The notes beneath the pieces were generated by a model. It saw only the letters and a list, made by a program, of their open reading frames with translations. It ran no database searches and was not told where the DNA came from. Shown piece by piece: positions 61,832-64,000 of a stretch of 64,000 nucleotides of DNA (the stretch's first letter is position 1; each line of letters starts with the position of its first letter). This DNA is from Moniliella sp. 'wahieum' (lineage: Eukaryota). A program made the position numbers and the translations under genes. Location: the NCBI GenBank assembly GCA_003971905.1, contig RSEE01000015.1, forward strand, positions 372,001-436,000, written 5' to 3'.

Positions 61832-62329
61832 AGTAAGTCGGCGCTTGCATATCAGGGGGGCGGACTGGCAACCCCCCCCCCTCCCCTCCCGCCGCCAGTC
61901 CTCCCAGCGTCTCTGCTTTGGGGAGCCTGCTTCCCGCGCCAGGTGGAACACGGCCTGCTGCTGCGAACGAGCGCGCATGCGCTGAGAATCAGGAGCACTC
62001 TACTGACCTTGTTTTGCGCCTGCAGTGCTCCCAAGAAGTCGGCGATCCTGGCTTCGGCCACCAAGAGCGCCAAGAAAAAGAAGTGGAGCAAGGGCAAGGT
62101 GAAGGACAAGGCCCAGAACAATGTCGTGCTGGACAAGGCAACGTACGACCGCATCATCAAGGAGGTGCCAACCTTCAAGTTCATTTCGCAGTCGACGCTG
62201 ATTGACCGGTTGAAGATCAATGGTTCCCTCGCCCGCCGTGCCATCAAGCACCTGGAGCAGGAGGGCCAGATCAAGCGTGTGGTTCACCATCACGCTCAGT
62301 TGGTCTACACGCGCGCCACGTCGGACTAA
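61832..62329 (+). CDS. RPS25: 40S ribosomal protein eS25
   Basis: KKKKWSKGKVKDKAQNNVVLDKATYDRIIKEVP...DRLKINGSLARRAI...YTRAT. Intron 61833-62025 splits the start codon A|TG. Confidence 0.95.
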   Translation, partial: SKSALAYQGGGLATPPPPLPPPVLPASLLWGACFPRQVEHGLLLRTSAHALRIRSTLLTLFCACSAPKKSAILASATKSAKKKKWSKGKVKDKAQNNVVLDKATYDRIIKEVPTFKFISQSTLIDRLKINGSLARRAIKHLEQEGQIKRVVHHHAQLVYTRATSD

Positions 62330-62826
62330 GCGCCTTGCTGGGGCGACTGCACTTGCCGCACATTTGCGCTTTGTTTTCCTCCCCAAACGCATGCTGTCTT
62401 ACCTGGCATCCAGCTTGTTACATTCGCTTGAGACTGGGGTGTATCGTAGTCTAGCTCCAGCCATTTTCTACTCGCCTATTTGCGTCGTGGTGTCGTTCGT
62501 CAGAGCATAACGTGATGCGCGACCATCTATGTGTCCGTTGTCAGACTGATGGCGAGGCCGGGTACAGTTTGGCCACGGAGCCTGTTATATTCCCGAGTCT
62601 TCTATACACATAAAATTTGCATTTGGGACGAAACTGGTGGCCAAGTCGCTATGAAGTTTGAAGGGCGGAGCAACTGTTGATACTTAGAATGCGATTGAGA
62701 AGAGTGAGTGGACACCAGGTCCATATGATAAGAGGGGTATGCGAAGGCCTCTGCAGTTACCAGTTAGAGCCGCATGACGCATGAAGCATACAGCGGTTGC
62801 AATGGCACGACCAAAGTGTGTACTCT

Positions 62827-64000
62827 TTAGTCATACTCTTCATCGTCTTCATTCGACCCGAATCACTGCGAGAGTTCTTCTGGCGCTCATATTCCTCCAC
62901 GAAGGACGGGGCCAAGTCGCGTGCTCGTTGAAAGAGGTGGTCGACGGGCACGGGAGCATGAGGGTCGCCCCATGCCCCGGAAACACGCACGAGAGCAAAG
63001 GAGATGAAGAGTTCCTTCAACAAACTGAAGCTGAACTGATCCGTTTCCTTGGCCAACTGCCGAGCCACGGCCGAAATCGAATCATACTCCCCCCCGAGCA
63101 CAAGAGAATTGGCATACTTGTCTTGCAGCCAACGGAGGACGTAGGTGTAGCGCAACTCTTCATCTGGGAGGCCAAATTCGTACTTGGTGTCGAAACGCGA
63201 AGGGCGCGAGAGCAAAGCAGGATCCAACCGGGCTGGATGGTTGGTCGATGCAATAATTAGAAGGCCATGATTGGGGTGATTCCATCCAGCTCGTTAAGCA
63301 GGACCGAGAGACGGGTGTGTTTGACCAGCGAATCCAGGTCCTCCATCACCAACACGCAGGGGGCCACTTTGCGTGCTTGGGCAAAAATCTGCGGCAAGTC
63401 ACAAGAACTGTCCGCCCCCTTTACCACCAAAACCTGTTGCGTCCTTTTCAGGTTGCGAAGCACCGAGCGGATCGCAGTCGTCTTCCCGTTCCCGGAGGGC
63501 CGCAGAGAAGAAGACCGCGTCGCCAGGGTGCGTCAAGCGTCTTGTACATCTCTTCACTTTGGAAAAACGTCTGTGTGTCCGTTCGAGCCAAAGGCGCACA
63601 TTCCTTGAGCACCAAGGGATCCTGGGGCGAATGATGAAGTTTCTCATACATACTCCAGGATTTGCGCCACCTGCCGTTGTCAAACACCCACACAAGGGGC
63701 CGGGGCATTTCCGGGGGTTGGCGTCAAGCAATTGGAGCGGGACCGCACGTTGCCCGAATCGAGGTCGACGATGGCCTCCATGACGTAGCCATGAATCCCC
63801 AGTCTTGGATTACCAGCATAGTGAGTGGTACACGAGCAGCTTGGTCTCGGAAAAGGTAAAGCTAAGTGTACCCGTGCGGAAGGATCGAGCTGCGGAAGAG
63901 GTACACCTATCCGTCCTTTCTCATCTTCTTGTGTTTGCGCGAGGTTCCAGGCGTCACCATACGGAATGACCGCCCCTTCCGACTCCTTGACAAGTCCCGA
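62827..64000 (-). CDS. Fungal AAA+ ATPase (single AAA module); 5' part outside the window
   Basis: WRRGLLLCGPPG(N)GKT Walker A, APCVLVMEDLDSLV Walker B, LNELDGI, DPALLSRPSRFDTKYEF. Reframed end NEDDEEYD*. Confidence 0.9.

Overview
GC-rich, gene-dense fungal genomic DNA. Short spliceosomal introns (GTAYGT/GTGMGT donors, CTAAC/CTGAC branch points, YAG acceptors), intron-containing tRNAs and gene content suggest a basidiomycete; the taxon is an inference. Almost every CDS carries single-base indels, including essential genes, so this looks like an error-prone consensus. CDS calls are hand-spliced and hand-reframed, and some ends are approximate. Recognisable genes: WrbA-like flavodoxin, MDM34, ENT nucleoside transporter, GPI-anchored S/T-rich protein, GIT1-like and DHA1 MFS transporters, DUF423, SUN-domain protein, EF-1beta (with intronic U18/snR18 snoRNA), UBA3, Rho-GDI, ATG8, SOD-fold mitoribosomal protein, fRMsr, Cys2/Met2-family acyltransferase, EMC10-like, ZIP zinc transporter, VPS9, RPS25, an AAA ATPase and four tRNAs. 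The ORF track hides the three best novelty candidates: (1) a secreted precursor with ten ~26-aa Asn/Gly/Asp-rich repeats and Kex2-type KR sites (52881-53780), next to the ZIP transporter; (2) a divergent TFIIB-family gene with a BRF2-like layout (41315-43045); (3) an orphan FxF-repeat protein divergent from MDM34.
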